Origin: an uncultured Leptolinea sp.
GTDB lineage: Bacteria; Chloroflexota; Anaerolineae; Anaerolineales; Anaerolineaceae
Length of the DNA: 64,000 nt
Assembly (NCBI GenBank): GCA_964446955.1
Contig: CAYUQJ010000007.1
Location: 103,918-167,917, forward strand
Reading direction: 5' to 3'
Shown here: in pieces, positions 1-9,623 of the stretch
Layout of the letters: each line of letters begins with the position of its first letter
Position numbering within the stretch: the stretch's first letter is position 1
The notes under the pieces: model-generated
Told to the model about the DNA's origin: nothing
Database searches by the model: none
The model's input: the letters and a program-made list of their open reading frames with translations, nothing else
Program-made: the position numbers and the translations under genes

Positions 1-429
1 ACCCGCGCTGAGCGCCAGCAGACCGCCGTACTGGTCGGTCACATACTCGGCGCCGGTCGCGGCTTCCATCACCTGGTTTGATTGGGCCAGTTCCCAGGCC
101 TGGCGGTCGCGCTGCGCGGCGTCGTAGAACACGTAGCCCGCGTTTTGCGTGGGTTCGTCATAGCCGTATTCGGGCAACAGTACGGCCAGCCCGATGCCCG
201 AGCCCAGACGCAGCAGATAGGCCAGCGCCAGCATCACGGCCATGCCGCGGCCTCCGCCCGCCCAGCGCCAGGCGATGAGCAGCAAATAGACCGAAACGGC
301 GGCAATCAGCGCGGCGCCCCAAAGTCCGTTGAGGAATTGTCCCGGCGAGGCCAGGGAAGTCCCGGCACCGATAAGCAGGCCGGTTATGAGAGAAATGATA
401 GCGAATTGGATATTTTTGTTGTGTTTCAT
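1..429 (-). CDS. Polytopic membrane protein of the glycan operon (partial, runs off window start); possibly a GT-C fold or polymerase-like protein
   Basis: Read manually (absent from the ORF track): ATG at 429, MKHNKNIQFAIISLITGLLIGAG...AYLLRLGSGIGLAVLLPEYGYDEPTQNAGYVFYDAAQRDRQAW..., open to position 1. It starts 8 nt after the GT4 stop and has several hydrophobic helices. Confidence 0.7.
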   Translation of the reverse strand, partial: MKHNKNIQFAIISLITGLLIGAGTSLASPGQFLNGLWGAALIAAVSVYLLLIAWRWAGGGRGMAVMLALAYLLRLGSGIGLAVLLPEYGYDEPTQNAGYVFYDAAQRDRQAWELAQSNQVMEAATGAEYVTDQYGGLLALSAG

Positions 430-437
430 GCGGTGAA

Positions 438-1562
438 TTATTCCATACCTTCCAGTGCGGTTTTGGCCCGGTTCTGCCAGGAATACTGCAACGCGTCCCG
501 GCGGGCCTGGTCGGCCAGCATGCGCGCCTGTGCCGGGTCGGACCGCAGCATACGGATGGTGGCGGCCCACGAGTCGACGTTGTTCGGCGGGCAGAACACA
601 GCGTTGCCGGTGTTCAACACTTCGTGCAGAACCGGCAGATCGCTGGTGATGATCACCCGGCCGGTAGCCAGGTAGTCGAACATTTTCATGGGACTGCAGA
701 TCTCGGCCGAATTGCCGCCGCTGCTGCCCGCGATGTCATTCTCGTAGGGCATCAGCAGTACATCGCCGGCTGCCTGGTAGAGCGGAAGCTTCATCTTGGG
801 GACAAACCCGGTGAGGGTCACATTTCGCAAACCGGCTTCGTCCACACGGGTCTGCCATGCCGTAACGTCTTCGGGCTTGCCGCCCACCCACAGGAAGGCG
901 ACATCCGGCAGTTCCAACGCCAGCCTGAACAGCAGGTCCATGCCGCGCCCGGCATAAAAATGGCCGGTGTACACGGCGGTGAACTGCTCCGGCAGGTCCA
1001 ACAGTGAGCGGGTGATGCTGGAGGACGGCAGTCCGTGGTATCGCTCGAGGTCAACCCCATTGGGCGCCACCCGGAGGATATCCGGGTTGATCGCTTCCTT
1101 GATCTGCTTTTCCAGGCGCTTTTGCAGCGCGCGGGTGATCACCAGCAGGCGTTTCTTTTGCTTCATCCCCAGGAACCAGCGGAAGAACAGCGGTCCGGCG
1201 ATGCCGGTCAGCCGGTCGTGCATTTCCAGCACGGCGGACATGCCGGATTTTCCGGCCAGCCAGGCGGCCTGCGGCAGCCAGGTATAGACCATGTCAGCCT
1301 GCCAGCGGCGGGCATCCCGCACGCCTTTCCAGATGAAATCGTAACGTTTCAGCTTGGGGTTGGATGCCAGCGGGAACAGGTCAAAGCGCGCCGAGAGTTC
1401 GTACGGGTCAACCAGTTCATCCCATGTGACCGGCTCCGTGCCGGGGAAATACAGCCGTACGTCATGCCCGAGTGCGGCCAGGGCGTGGACGGCCTTTACG
1501 GCCTGAATGCTGTTGGCCGTGCTGGCGGGGATCTTTGAGGGGGTGAGGCAGGCGATCTTCAT
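438..1562 (-). CDS. GT4 family glycosyltransferase
   Basis: MKIACLT start, plus PNGVD, YTGHFYAGRG and SPMKMFDYLATG GT-B motifs. Start trimmed to the ATG at 1562, just after the flippase stop. Confidence 0.9.
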   Translation of the reverse strand: MKIACLTPSKIPASTANSIQAVKAVHALAALGHDVRLYFPGTEPVTWDELVDPYELSARFDLFPLASNPKLKRYDFIWKGVRDARRWQADMVYTWLPQAAWLAGKSGMSAVLEMHDRLTGIAGPLFFRWFLGMKQKKRLLVITRALQKRLEKQIKEAINPDILRVAPNGVDLERYHGLPSSSITRSLLDLPEQFTAVYTGHFYAGRGMDLLFRLALELPDVAFLWVGGKPEDVTAWQTRVDEAGLRNVTLTGFVPKMKLPLYQAAGDVLLMPYENDIAGSSGGNSAEICSPMKMFDYLATGRVIITSDLPVLHEVLNTGNAVFCPPNNVDSWAATIRMLRSDPAQARMLADQARRDALQYSWQNRAKTALEGME

Positions 1563-1566
1563 ACGG

Positions 1567-2928
1567 TCACTCCGAAGGTTGGGGTGAGGCGGCTTCCACC
1601 TTTCGCAGGGTGCGGAAGCCCAGAACAATGATCAATCCTACCGTAAAAACGAAATATCCGCTCATGAGCCAGGCTTCGGCCATGTAACCGGCGCCGGGCA
1701 GAATGACGAATGCCAGGGCGACCTTGATCACCATGCCCCAGAAGCCAACCCGCAGCGGCACGTCCGCGCGTCCCAGTGACAGCAGTAGAGGCCGGTTCCA
1801 GAACAGAATATTGGCCGTGCCGAATCCGGCCAGCAGGATCATCAACACCGGCAGCGACGGCAGGAACTCGGGGCGGTACACATGGAACGACCGGCCGAAG
1901 ATGGTCCAGTCGCGGAACAGCACCGGTTCGCCGAAGAGCATCAGCCCCATGGCGACGGCGCCCGTCCAGACCGCGGCGATGGTCGTCACGCGCGAAAGCA
2001 GCCGACGCAGTCTGCGCCAGTTGAAGCGCGCCACACACTTTGTGATCTCGGGGTAGGTGGTGCTGATGAACGGGGTGATGGGCATCACCACGAGGTTAAT
2101 GATGGCCAGAGCGGTCTTGAAATAGCCCGCTTCCAGCGGCGAGAAGAAGTAGCCCACCCACAGCACTTCACTATCGCGGGCCACCATGTTGATGGTGCTG
2201 CTGAAATTGGTGCTCAACGAGAAGCGGATGAATTCGCGTCTGGGTGGGAGCAGGCTGAGGGGAGCTTTGTACCAGTCCTTCCCCAGCATGCGCGGCAGCC
2301 AGTACAGCGCCAGCACGATCGGCGCGAGCCCGAGGATCATCTTACCGGTCAGGTAGGCGACCAGCACGGTGATCAGCCCGGTCTGCGACACATAGGCGTA
2401 CACCAGAATAACGGCGGTGGCCACGCTCTGGATGAAATTGATCAACGCCTGGCTGCGGTAATGACCGCCCACCTGCAATACGCCGGTGGCCGTCTCGGTG
2501 GTGATGTTCGACAGGATCGACAGTCCGTAGATCAGGAAGAGCGGCAGGGTGGTGGGGTCGTCAGCCAGGTGTTTGGCGGCCAGGGGAGCCAGCGCGGCCA
2601 GAATGCCGTACGCCAGCAGCGAGGTCAGTCCTTCGACCAACCCGGAGGCTTTGACGACCGCCGCGGCTGCCTGTTTCTCATCTTTGGCCAGGTGGTCACT
2701 CATGTACTTCACGACCACATCGCCCATTCGGAACGACAGCAGCCGGTTGACATTCGACACGGTACTGATGACGATGCCCAGCACACCGAATACCCGCACA
2801 CCGAGCAGGTTGGCGGTGATGATACTGAGCAGCGCGCTGATCACATTACTGGCAAACAGGTAGCCGGAATTCCGGACCACCCGGCCCAGAACATGGTCCT
2901 GCCGCCAGCGCGACACCAATCCGTTCAT
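1567..2928 (-). CDS. Wzx-like oligosaccharide flippase (MOP superfamily)
   Basis: 453 aa, highly hydrophobic, N-terminal RVVRNSGYLF...LLG..FG pattern, inside a glycan operon. Confidence 0.85.
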   Translation of the reverse strand: MNGLVSRWRQDHVLGRVVRNSGYLFASNVISALLSIITANLLGVRVFGVLGIVISTVSNVNRLLSFRMGDVVVKYMSDHLAKDEKQAAAAVVKASGLVEGLTSLLAYGILAALAPLAAKHLADDPTTLPLFLIYGLSILSNITTETATGVLQVGGHYRSQALINFIQSVATAVILVYAYVSQTGLITVLVAYLTGKMILGLAPIVLALYWLPRMLGKDWYKAPLSLLPPRREFIRFSLSTNFSSTINMVARDSEVLWVGYFFSPLEAGYFKTALAIINLVVMPITPFISTTYPEITKCVARFNWRRLRRLLSRVTTIAAVWTGAVAMGLMLFGEPVLFRDWTIFGRSFHVYRPEFLPSLPVLMILLAGFGTANILFWNRPLLLSLGRADVPLRVGFWGMVIKVALAFVILPGAGYMAEAWLMSGYFVFTVGLIIVLGFRTLRKVEAASPQPSE

Positions 2929-3899
2929 GGGGTCAGAATTTGCTGCACCCAGTCCCGTTCCGCCAGATACCAGTTGACCAGGTTGGGGATGCCTTCCTCC
3001 AGTGATACCTGCGGTTTCCAGCCCAGCATGGACATGGCTTTTTCCACATTGGCGCTGTTCTCCAGCACATCGGCCGGATGGCGGTCCTGGTATATGATGT
3101 TGGCTTTTTTGCCAACCAGCGATTCGATGGTGTGGATCAGGTCATTCACGGTGATCACCTGATGACCGCCGAGGTTGATGATCTCATAGCCCACGGGTTT
3201 TAGCCCCAGAATGGTGCCGCGGGCGATGTCGTCCACATAGGTGAAGCCGCGAGACTGATTGCCGTCGCCGTTCACGCGCACCTCTCGTCCTTCGGTGATC
3301 CACTGGGCGAAGCGGAACATCACCATATCGGGGCGGGCTGCCGGTCCGTACACGGTGAAATAGCGAAACACCGTGACATCCAGATCATGCAGGTAGTGGT
3401 AGCTGTGGCACAGGGCTTCCGCGCCTTTTTTGGAGGCGGCGTACGGTTGCAGCGGATAATCTGATGAAGCGGTTTCCGGGGTGGGAATGGGCGGGTTGGC
3501 CCCGTAAATACTGGATGTCGAAGCCAGGATGAATTTCTTTGTCCCCGCGCGGATAGCCACCTCGAGCATGTTCAGCGTGCCGGTGACGTTGGTATCCACG
3601 TACACCCAGGGATTCTCGACTGACTGGCGTACACCGGCGCGGGCAGCCAGGTTGATGACCGCGTCGTAGGGACCTTTGTCCACCAGGGCCAGGGCAGCCT
3701 GTTTGTCTGAAATGTCCATTTTGACGAATTCAAACGGCTCCTGTTTGAGGAGACGCGCGAGGCGGTATTCCTTCATCCGCGGGTCGTAGGCATCGTTCAT
3801 GTTGTCGAGACCCACGACGGAGTGGCCATCGTCCATCAGCATCTGACTGACGCGCGAAGCGATGAAACCGGCCGCGCCGGTGATCAGATACCGTCCCAT
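2925..3899 (-). CDS. NAD-dependent nucleotide-sugar epimerase (UDP-glucuronate 4-epimerase-like)
   Basis: TGAAGFIA, NLAARAGVR, YAASK and RYFTVYGP..RPDM motifs. Confidence 0.9.
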   Translation of the reverse strand: MGRYLITGAAGFIASRVSQMLMDDGHSVVGLDNMNDAYDPRMKEYRLARLLKQEPFEFVKMDISDKQAALALVDKGPYDAVINLAARAGVRQSVENPWVYVDTNVTGTLNMLEVAIRAGTKKFILASTSSIYGANPPIPTPETASSDYPLQPYAASKKGAEALCHSYHYLHDLDVTVFRYFTVYGPAARPDMVMFRFAQWITEGREVRVNGDGNQSRGFTYVDDIARGTILGLKPVGYEIINLGGHQVITVNDLIHTIESLVGKKANIIYQDRHPADVLENSANVEKAMSMLGWKPQVSLEEGIPNLVNWYLAERDWVQQILTP

Positions 3900-5215
3900 T
3901 ACAACCTCACAACTTTCGGGTTGTCGCGTCCCGCCTCGCCCAGGGCGTTGCGGGTGTCAATGATCAGCGCGGCGTTCTGCAGGATGGCTTTGTAATCGTA
4001 GGTCGTGTGATTGGTGACGATCACCACACAGTCGGCGTCTTTGACGGCTTTTGTCAGGTCCGGAACGGATTTCAGGCTCCAGTTGTCATGTGATATGGAA
4101 GCGATGCGCGGGTCATGGTAGCTGACGTCCGCGCCTTTTTGCAACAGCAGGTGGATCACGTCAAGAGCGGGGGATTCGCGCAGGTCGTCAATATCCGGTT
4201 TATAGGCGGCGCCCAGAACCAGCACCTTGCTGCCGTTGATGGCTTTCCTGCGGTCGTTCAGTGCGTCCTGCGTCTTGGTGACCACGAAACGCGGCATGCC
4301 GGTGTTGATCTCGGATGCCAGTTCAATGAAGCGCGCAGTGTAGTTGAGGGCTTTCAGCTTCCAGGACAGGTAGAGCGGATCGATGGGAATACAATGGCCG
4401 CCCAGACCGGGTCCGGGTGAGAACTTCATAAAACCGAACGGTTTGGTGGCGGCGGCGTCGATAACTTCCCAGACATCAATGCCCAACCGGTCGCAGATCA
4501 GCGCCAGTTCGTTCACCATGCCGATGTTGATCATGCGGAAGGTGTTTTCCAGCAGTTTGGCCATCTCAGCCACTTCAGCGGATGAGACAGGGACGACCGT
4601 TTCCAACGCACCGGAATACCAGGCTGAAGCCACCTTGCTGCACGATGGGGTTATGCCGCCCATTACCTTGGGTGTGTTGATGGTGGTGTAATCGGTACGA
4701 CCGGGGTCAACCCGTTCGGGGGAGAAGGCCAGGAAAACATCTTTGCCCACTTCCAATCCGGCTTCCTGATTCAGGCGAGGCAGGATCAATTCGCGGGTCG
4801 TGCCGGGGTATGTGGTCGATTCGAGGACGATCACCATGCCGGCATGGACATATTTGGAGAGTTCATCGGTGGCGCTGACAATAAAGGAAAGGTCCGGGTC
4901 GCCGGTCTTGCGCAGCGGGGTGGGGACGCAGATGCTGACCGCGTCCAGCTCTTTGATGGCGGAAAAGTCCGTGGTCGGAATGAGTTTGCCGGATTTGACC
5001 AGCGCGGACACGGTTTCGGAGGGAACATCCAGAACGTAACTCTCTCCTTTTAAGAGCGAATCCACCTTGCTTTGCATGGGCTCAATACCCGTAACCGTAA
5101 AACCAGCTTCGGCAAAAACAACGGCAAGCGGTAATCCGACATACCCGAGCCCCAAAATGCCAATGCGGGCGGTCTTTGATTCAAAGCGTTCAATAAGTTG
5201 CTTCTGATAATCCAT
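3899..5215 (-). CDS. Nucleotide-sugar 6-dehydrogenase (UDP-GlcNAc dehydrogenase, WbpA-like)
   Basis: GLGYVG, ICVPTPL, ESTTYPGTT, SPERVDPG, KLLENTFR and GGHCIPIDP motifs. Confidence 0.9.
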   Translation of the reverse strand: MDYQKQLIERFESKTARIGILGLGYVGLPLAVVFAEAGFTVTGIEPMQSKVDSLLKGESYVLDVPSETVSALVKSGKLIPTTDFSAIKELDAVSICVPTPLRKTGDPDLSFIVSATDELSKYVHAGMVIVLESTTYPGTTRELILPRLNQEAGLEVGKDVFLAFSPERVDPGRTDYTTINTPKVMGGITPSCSKVASAWYSGALETVVPVSSAEVAEMAKLLENTFRMINIGMVNELALICDRLGIDVWEVIDAAATKPFGFMKFSPGPGLGGHCIPIDPLYLSWKLKALNYTARFIELASEINTGMPRFVVTKTQDALNDRRKAINGSKVLVLGAAYKPDIDDLRESPALDVIHLLLQKGADVSYHDPRIASISHDNWSLKSVPDLTKAVKDADCVVIVTNHTTYDYKAILQNAALIIDTRNALGEAGRDNPKVVRL

Positions 5216-5224
5216 TTTGTCCTC

Positions 5225-5875
5225 TTAAAAGAGACTGAGTTGTGTGGCGTTTTCCGCCGGGTCAACCGGTTCATCCGGTTTGGGTGTGACAGCCGGACGG
5301 GCTGCGACATGTTGTTTGATCAATTCTCCCAGATGGGTGAAATCACGTTCAACGGTTGATTTTAATGCCGGTTGGTGCAAAGCGGCAGCCGGATGATACA
5401 TGGGAACGACCAGACGGCCGTTCACGGTTCCGGGTTGTCCATGCGCCGAACCGATGCGTGCGAGGGGGAAATACATCGCCATGGAAAAGCGTCCAAGTGT
5501 AACGATAACCTGTGGATTGATGGCATCGATCTGGCCTTCAAGGTAATCACGGCAGGCGGCCAGCTCTTCAGGGAGCGGATCGCGGTTACCGGGCGGACGG
5601 CATTTTACCACATTGGTAATGAACACATCGCCCCGTGTCAGGCCGGCTTTTGCCAGCAATTCATCAAGGAAACTGCCTGCCGCACCAACAAATGGCCGGC
5701 CCTGTTCATTTTCGTAAAAACCGGGGCCTTCACCGATCAACATGATCCGCGCGTCAGCGGGGCCTTCTCCGGGTACAGCCATTTTGCGGGAGAAATGCAG
5801 ATCGCATTTCTGACAGGTGGAAATCTGGCGGGCGATTTGGGTAAGTTTCTCTTCAGGTGTCATGTCAGGGTTCAT
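5225..5875 (-). CDS. udg: Family 4 uracil-DNA glycosylase (4Fe-4S) with C-terminal QLSLF tail
   Basis: CxxC, GEGPG..E, FVG, TNVVKCRPP.NR and YHPAA motifs. Confidence 0.92.
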   Translation of the reverse strand: MNPDMTPEEKLTQIARQISTCQKCDLHFSRKMAVPGEGPADARIMLIGEGPGFYENEQGRPFVGAAGSFLDELLAKAGLTRGDVFITNVVKCRPPGNRDPLPEELAACRDYLEGQIDAINPQVIVTLGRFSMAMYFPLARIGSAHGQPGTVNGRLVVPMYHPAAALHQPALKSTVERDFTHLGELIKQHVAARPAVTPKPDEPVDPAENATQLSLF

Positions 5876-5891
5876 GCTTACCTCCAGAAAT

Positions 5892-6422
5892 TCAATCAGT
5901 GTCCAATGCGAGAAACTTGGATTCAGTGGCAGTCAGTTTTTCAAGGGTCATGTCATCCAGATTCATCAGCAGGGCGTCTTCGTGATTGTCCGCGTAGTAG
6001 TTCTTACGCGTACCAACTACGGTAAAGCCGAATTTTTCATACAGACCGATGGCAGAGCGATTGCCAACCCGTACTTCCAACTGGGCATGGTCCGCTCCTT
6101 CACGGCAGACTTCTTTCAGCGCGTGCAGCATCAACTGCCAGCCGATACCATTGCAGCGGTATTGCGGCGCGATGGCGAAGGTGGCCACGTGAGCTTCGTC
6201 TTCAATAAGGAAGATCACGATCATTCCGAGAATCTTTTTCCGTTCGTTGTCGTCTTTCGTGGCTGCCACAAAACAACGTGATACTTTGCTATCGGTCAAT
6301 TCATACACATACGAATTGAATGACCAGGGCAGGGTGAATGAATCCAGTTCAATGCGATAGACCTGGGGAAGGTCATCCAGTGTCATGGGACGCATGATCA
6401 AGGAATCAAGCAGGGGATTCAC
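5892..6422 (-). CDS. rimI: Ribosomal-protein-alanine N-acetyltransferase
   Basis: IE..SF..PWS, LEVRVGN..AI.LY.KFGF...G.RKNYY.D..EDALLM. Follows tsaB with a GTGA overlap. Confidence 0.9.
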   Translation of the reverse strand: MNPLLDSLIMRPMTLDDLPQVYRIELDSFTLPWSFNSYVYELTDSKVSRCFVAATKDDNERKKILGMIVIFLIEDEAHVATFAIAPQYRCNGIGWQLMLHALKEVCREGADHAQLEVRVGNRSAIGLYEKFGFTVVGTRKNYYADNHEDALLMNLDDMTLEKLTATESKFLALDTD

Positions 6423-7087
6423 GACGCGATCACCTCGTTTACGTGCAGATAAATGGGCGCGAGGGTGACCGGGTCATCCGCCTGTCCGGCTGAGATCTTG
6501 TTCCAGCCCAATTCCGCCAGTACCGAGGGACGACGCATACAGCAGGCTGGGGAGGCAACGTGCGCGTTCTTCCATTTGCGGGAAAGTATCTGCCGTTCTT
6601 CGCCGGTCATTTCGCCGCAGATGATGGATCCTTGATGGATCTCATCAGAAAGATCCTGCGCAGTTAGCACTTTCATCTCCCCCGTGAATTTCCAAATATT
6701 CTCCGAGTAATGATACCAGCCGACCGCCAACCGTGTGCGTCCCGCAGGTAGCACTACAGCCATTGGAAAGTCGGAGGGTTGTTGAACTGAGGCAACGATA
6801 TCAAACGATGGGATGCCGGCAACGGGAATTTTCAATGCCAGCGCCAATCCTTTGATGAATGCCAGCCCGACCCGCAGACTGGTGAATGAGCCGGGTCCAG
6901 TTGCCACTGCCAGGCCGGTCAGATCGGTTGGAACAGCACCGCTTTGTTTAAGCATACGCTGGACTGATGGCGCCAGTTCCACGGTGTGCCGGGCGCGGCT
7001 CTGCCATACCATTTCCGAGAGAACCTTGTTTCCGTCGTATAACGCCAACCCAAGAGCGGGTGTTGAGGTATCCACGGCAAGCAGCAT
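6419..7087 (-). CDS. tsaB: t6A biosynthesis protein TsaB
   Basis: MLLAVDTST, GPGSFTSLRVG and C-terminal LAPIYL motifs. Confidence 0.92.
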   Translation of the reverse strand: MLLAVDTSTPALGLALYDGNKVLSEMVWQSRARHTVELAPSVQRMLKQSGAVPTDLTGLAVATGPGSFTSLRVGLAFIKGLALALKIPVAGIPSFDIVASVQQPSDFPMAVVLPAGRTRLAVGWYHYSENIWKFTGEMKVLTAQDLSDEIHQGSIICGEMTGEERQILSRKWKNAHVASPACCMRRPSVLAELGWNKISAGQADDPVTLAPIYLHVNEVIAS

Positions 7088-7088
7088 G

Positions 7089-7583
7089 TCAGGCTCCCAC
7101 AACCCGGCTCTTAAATTGGTCCATCAGGGTCTGGCTGCGCGGACCGTGAGCTGTGAACAGCAGGCCGCGCTGCTCATCTGACATCCATTTCATATGTATC
7201 CAGAGGGCGTTTTCCGGCAGGGCTTCTTTTATCCGTTCCGCCCATTCGACCAGTAAGGTTCCTTCTTCCAGCATGCGGTCCATGTCAAGGTCTATGGCTT
7301 CATCAGAGGTTTCGATGCGGTAGGCATCCATGTGATACAGGATCTCTCCAGATTTGCGGTGATATTCGTTAATCAAGACGAACGTGGGGCTGGAAACCGT
7401 ATCGATGGACTCCCAACCTGCTGCGATCCCCTGTACCAGCGTGGTCTTGCCGGCGCCCAGGTCACCGCTCAGACAGATAAGATCTCCCCTGGTCAATAAC
7501 GAGCCAATCCGGGAGCCCAGCCGGCGGGTTTGCTCCGGACTGCGGCTGAAAAATTCAAAGCTGTGTGCGTCCATGATTGGCAT
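7089..7583 (-). CDS. tsaE: t6A biosynthesis ATPase TsaE
   Basis: [20 protein letters not shown] and VEWAE motifs. Confidence 0.95.
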   Translation of the reverse strand: MPIMDAHSFEFFSRSPEQTRRLGSRIGSLLTRGDLICLSGDLGAGKTTLVQGIAAGWESIDTVSSPTFVLINEYHRKSGEILYHMDAYRIETSDEAIDLDMDRMLEEGTLLVEWAERIKEALPENALWIHMKWMSDEQRGLLFTAHGPRSQTLMDQFKSRVVGA

Positions 7584-7586
7584 ACG

Positions 7587-8738
7587 TTAAACCTGCTCCG
7601 GTTTTTTGATCCCGACGTGTGCAGCCAGGATGCGCGCGATATCGCGTGCGGCCTGAGGACGGGCAATCCTGCGGCAGGCGGAAGCCACCTGCCAGCGTAA
7701 TTCCGGTGCGTTCAACCAGGACCGTAACGTAGCCACAACCTGTTCTGGTTCCGGAGCCCAGACCCCGGCACCTTCATTTACAACATAATCCACGTTGCCA
7801 TCTTCCTGGCCGGGCATTTTGCTGTAAAGGATAATTGGAAGTCCTGAAATGCAAGCCTCGCTGATCGTTCCGGGGCCGGCTTTTGTCACCAGTACATTGG
7901 CTGCCTGCATGAACTCGGGCATGTTTCTGACAAAGCCATAGATGGAAACCGGAATATTCCAGTTGTATTGTTCCATCCGCCTTTTCATGTCCCGATTACG
8001 ACCCGTAATGACGGCCATAGCCACATCAAGCTGAGCTTTATTGATGGCATATGCTGTTTTTTCCAGGGGTCCCATGCCTTCACCACCGCCAACCAGCAGG
8101 ATAATTGGGATATCCTGAGGCCATCCAAGTTCTTTCCGGATATCGAGCGATTCTTTCTCTTTATGACAGAACCTGTCTGCCACCGGCAAGCCAACAACGG
8201 TCAATTTCTCTTGCGGAATCCCGAATTTAATGCCGTTCTGCCTAGCGCTTTCTGTTGGAACGATAATGAGGTCTGCCCTGTTATCAAACCAGGCGGCATG
8301 CGTTGAAACCATATCGGTTACAACTGTGATGAACGGATATTTTTTGCGTTTGAACGTGCGCAGGACAGGTGTGTTCATCAGGGGATGAACACTAACGATA
8401 AGATCGCATGGATGTTCTTCCACCAGCCGGTATATCGATCGACGGATGTATGGCCATGCCATATTGTTGATATTCCGAATGCGGTGCGGGTTGTTGGTTT
8501 GCCGAAAACCGAAGCCCCAGGCAGAGGGCATACGCGATAAAGGCGGATAGATCTCCGGAGCTTTATTCAGGGGAGGCGGTGCATATTCACGGAACAGATC
8601 GACCATTTCATATGTCATCCGGTTGGGAAATTCCAGGTCAATGGCCTCAATGATCGCTTCCGTGGCGCTTCGATGTCCGCCGCCGGTATCAGAAAACAGG
8701 AACAGTATATGAGGTGTATCAGGTTGAAGAATTCGCAT
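7587..8738 (-). CDS. GT28 diacylglycerol glycosyltransferase (MGDG synthase/UgtP-like)
   Basis: [24 protein letters not shown] and PGQEDGN motifs. Confidence 0.88.
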   Translation of the reverse strand: MRILQPDTPHILFLFSDTGGGHRSATEAIIEAIDLEFPNRMTYEMVDLFREYAPPPLNKAPEIYPPLSRMPSAWGFGFRQTNNPHRIRNINNMAWPYIRRSIYRLVEEHPCDLIVSVHPLMNTPVLRTFKRKKYPFITVVTDMVSTHAAWFDNRADLIIVPTESARQNGIKFGIPQEKLTVVGLPVADRFCHKEKESLDIRKELGWPQDIPIILLVGGGEGMGPLEKTAYAINKAQLDVAMAVITGRNRDMKRRMEQYNWNIPVSIYGFVRNMPEFMQAANVLVTKAGPGTISEACISGLPIILYSKMPGQEDGNVDYVVNEGAGVWAPEPEQVVATLRSWLNAPELRWQVASACRRIARPQAARDIARILAAHVGIKKPEQV

Positions 8739-8928
8739 TTGGATCCTTCGGAATATGCTTTTTCAGGCGTCGGGCCAGTTCTCGGCGTGAAAGGATCACC
8801 TTCCTTTTACAGACACAACATTCCAGGCCGATATCTGCACCCAGTCGTATGATCTTCCATTCATAACTTCCGCATGGATGCGGCTTACGGAGCCGGACAA
8901 TATCATCAAGAGCAATTTCAGGGAGCAC
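8719..8928 (-). CDS. DUF951 family small protein
   Basis: DIVRLRKPHPCGSYEW.IIRLGADIGLEC..C signature. Confidence 0.88.
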   Translation of the reverse strand: MLPEIALDDIVRLRKPHPCGSYEWKIIRLGADIGLECCVCKRKVILSRRELARRLKKHIPKDPNANSST

Positions 8929-8975
8929 GCGAAAAATTATACTCTACCCTGCATGATATAATCTTTTCACCTTTT

Positions 8976-9617
8976 ATGCTTGATCTTGATGCTGCGACGA
9001 TCCTTTCACGGGTCATAATTCTGATAATCGCGTTTACCGTGCACGAATTCGCGCATGCTTTTGTGGCGAATGCCTTTGGGGATGAAACCCCGCGCCTAAA
9101 CGGGCGTTTGACATTGAACCCGATTTCGCACCTTGATCCGATGGGATCGCTACTGCTTGTCGTTGCCGGGTTTGGTTGGGCAAAACCGGTTCCCATCAAT
9201 CCATATGTGTTGCGGCAGCGTTCCCGTTCTGCCGTGATGTGGGTTTCGTTGGCCGGTCCGCTCTCCAACCTTGTTATGGCCATATTGGCTGTGTTGCCCG
9301 TCCGGTTTGGATTGGTTTCAATGAGTTCAGTGCCGGGAAGGTTTTTCCCGTCGCCTATTGAATTTATCGTTGAATTTGTTGCAATCAACCTGCTGTTGTT
9401 TGTGTTCAACCTTTTGCCCATTTCTCCACTGGATGGCGAAAAGGTGCTTGAATACTTTATTCCCCCCCGCGCGTCCGCGTTTTTTGAACGAATCCGGCCA
9501 TATGGCCCGGTTATCCTTATGGTCGTGGTTTTTGTGCTGCCATATTTGGGTATCAACATAATTGGCGAATTACTCCGGTTTATTGCCGGTATCTTTTTCT
9601 CGGTTTTTCTGGGATAA
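8976..9617 (+). CDS. Site-2 (M50) intramembrane metalloprotease
   Basis: HEFAH, GRLTLNP, FGWAKPVP, AGPLSN and FNLLPISPLDG motifs. Start trimmed to the ATG at 8976. Confidence 0.92.
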   Translation: MLDLDAATILSRVIILIIAFTVHEFAHAFVANAFGDETPRLNGRLTLNPISHLDPMGSLLLVVAGFGWAKPVPINPYVLRQRSRSAVMWVSLAGPLSNLVMAILAVLPVRFGLVSMSSVPGRFFPSPIEFIVEFVAINLLLFVFNLLPISPLDGEKVLEYFIPPRASAFFERIRPYGPVILMVVVFVLPYLGINIIGELLRFIAGIFFSVFLG

Positions 9618-9623
9618 AACTTT

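Noticed and set aside
1882-3162. 426-aa + strand ORF (and similar ones at 82-675, 5372-6025, 8918-9685, 27937-28581, 43254-43901 and 45616-46377)
   Set aside because: Antisense shadows of well-supported genes, with no recognisable motifs.
5892-7583. tsaE-tsaB-rimI without tsaD; recF and rsmG away from the dnaA/gidA cluster
   Set aside because: Dispersal of these genes is common and the partners may lie outside the window.
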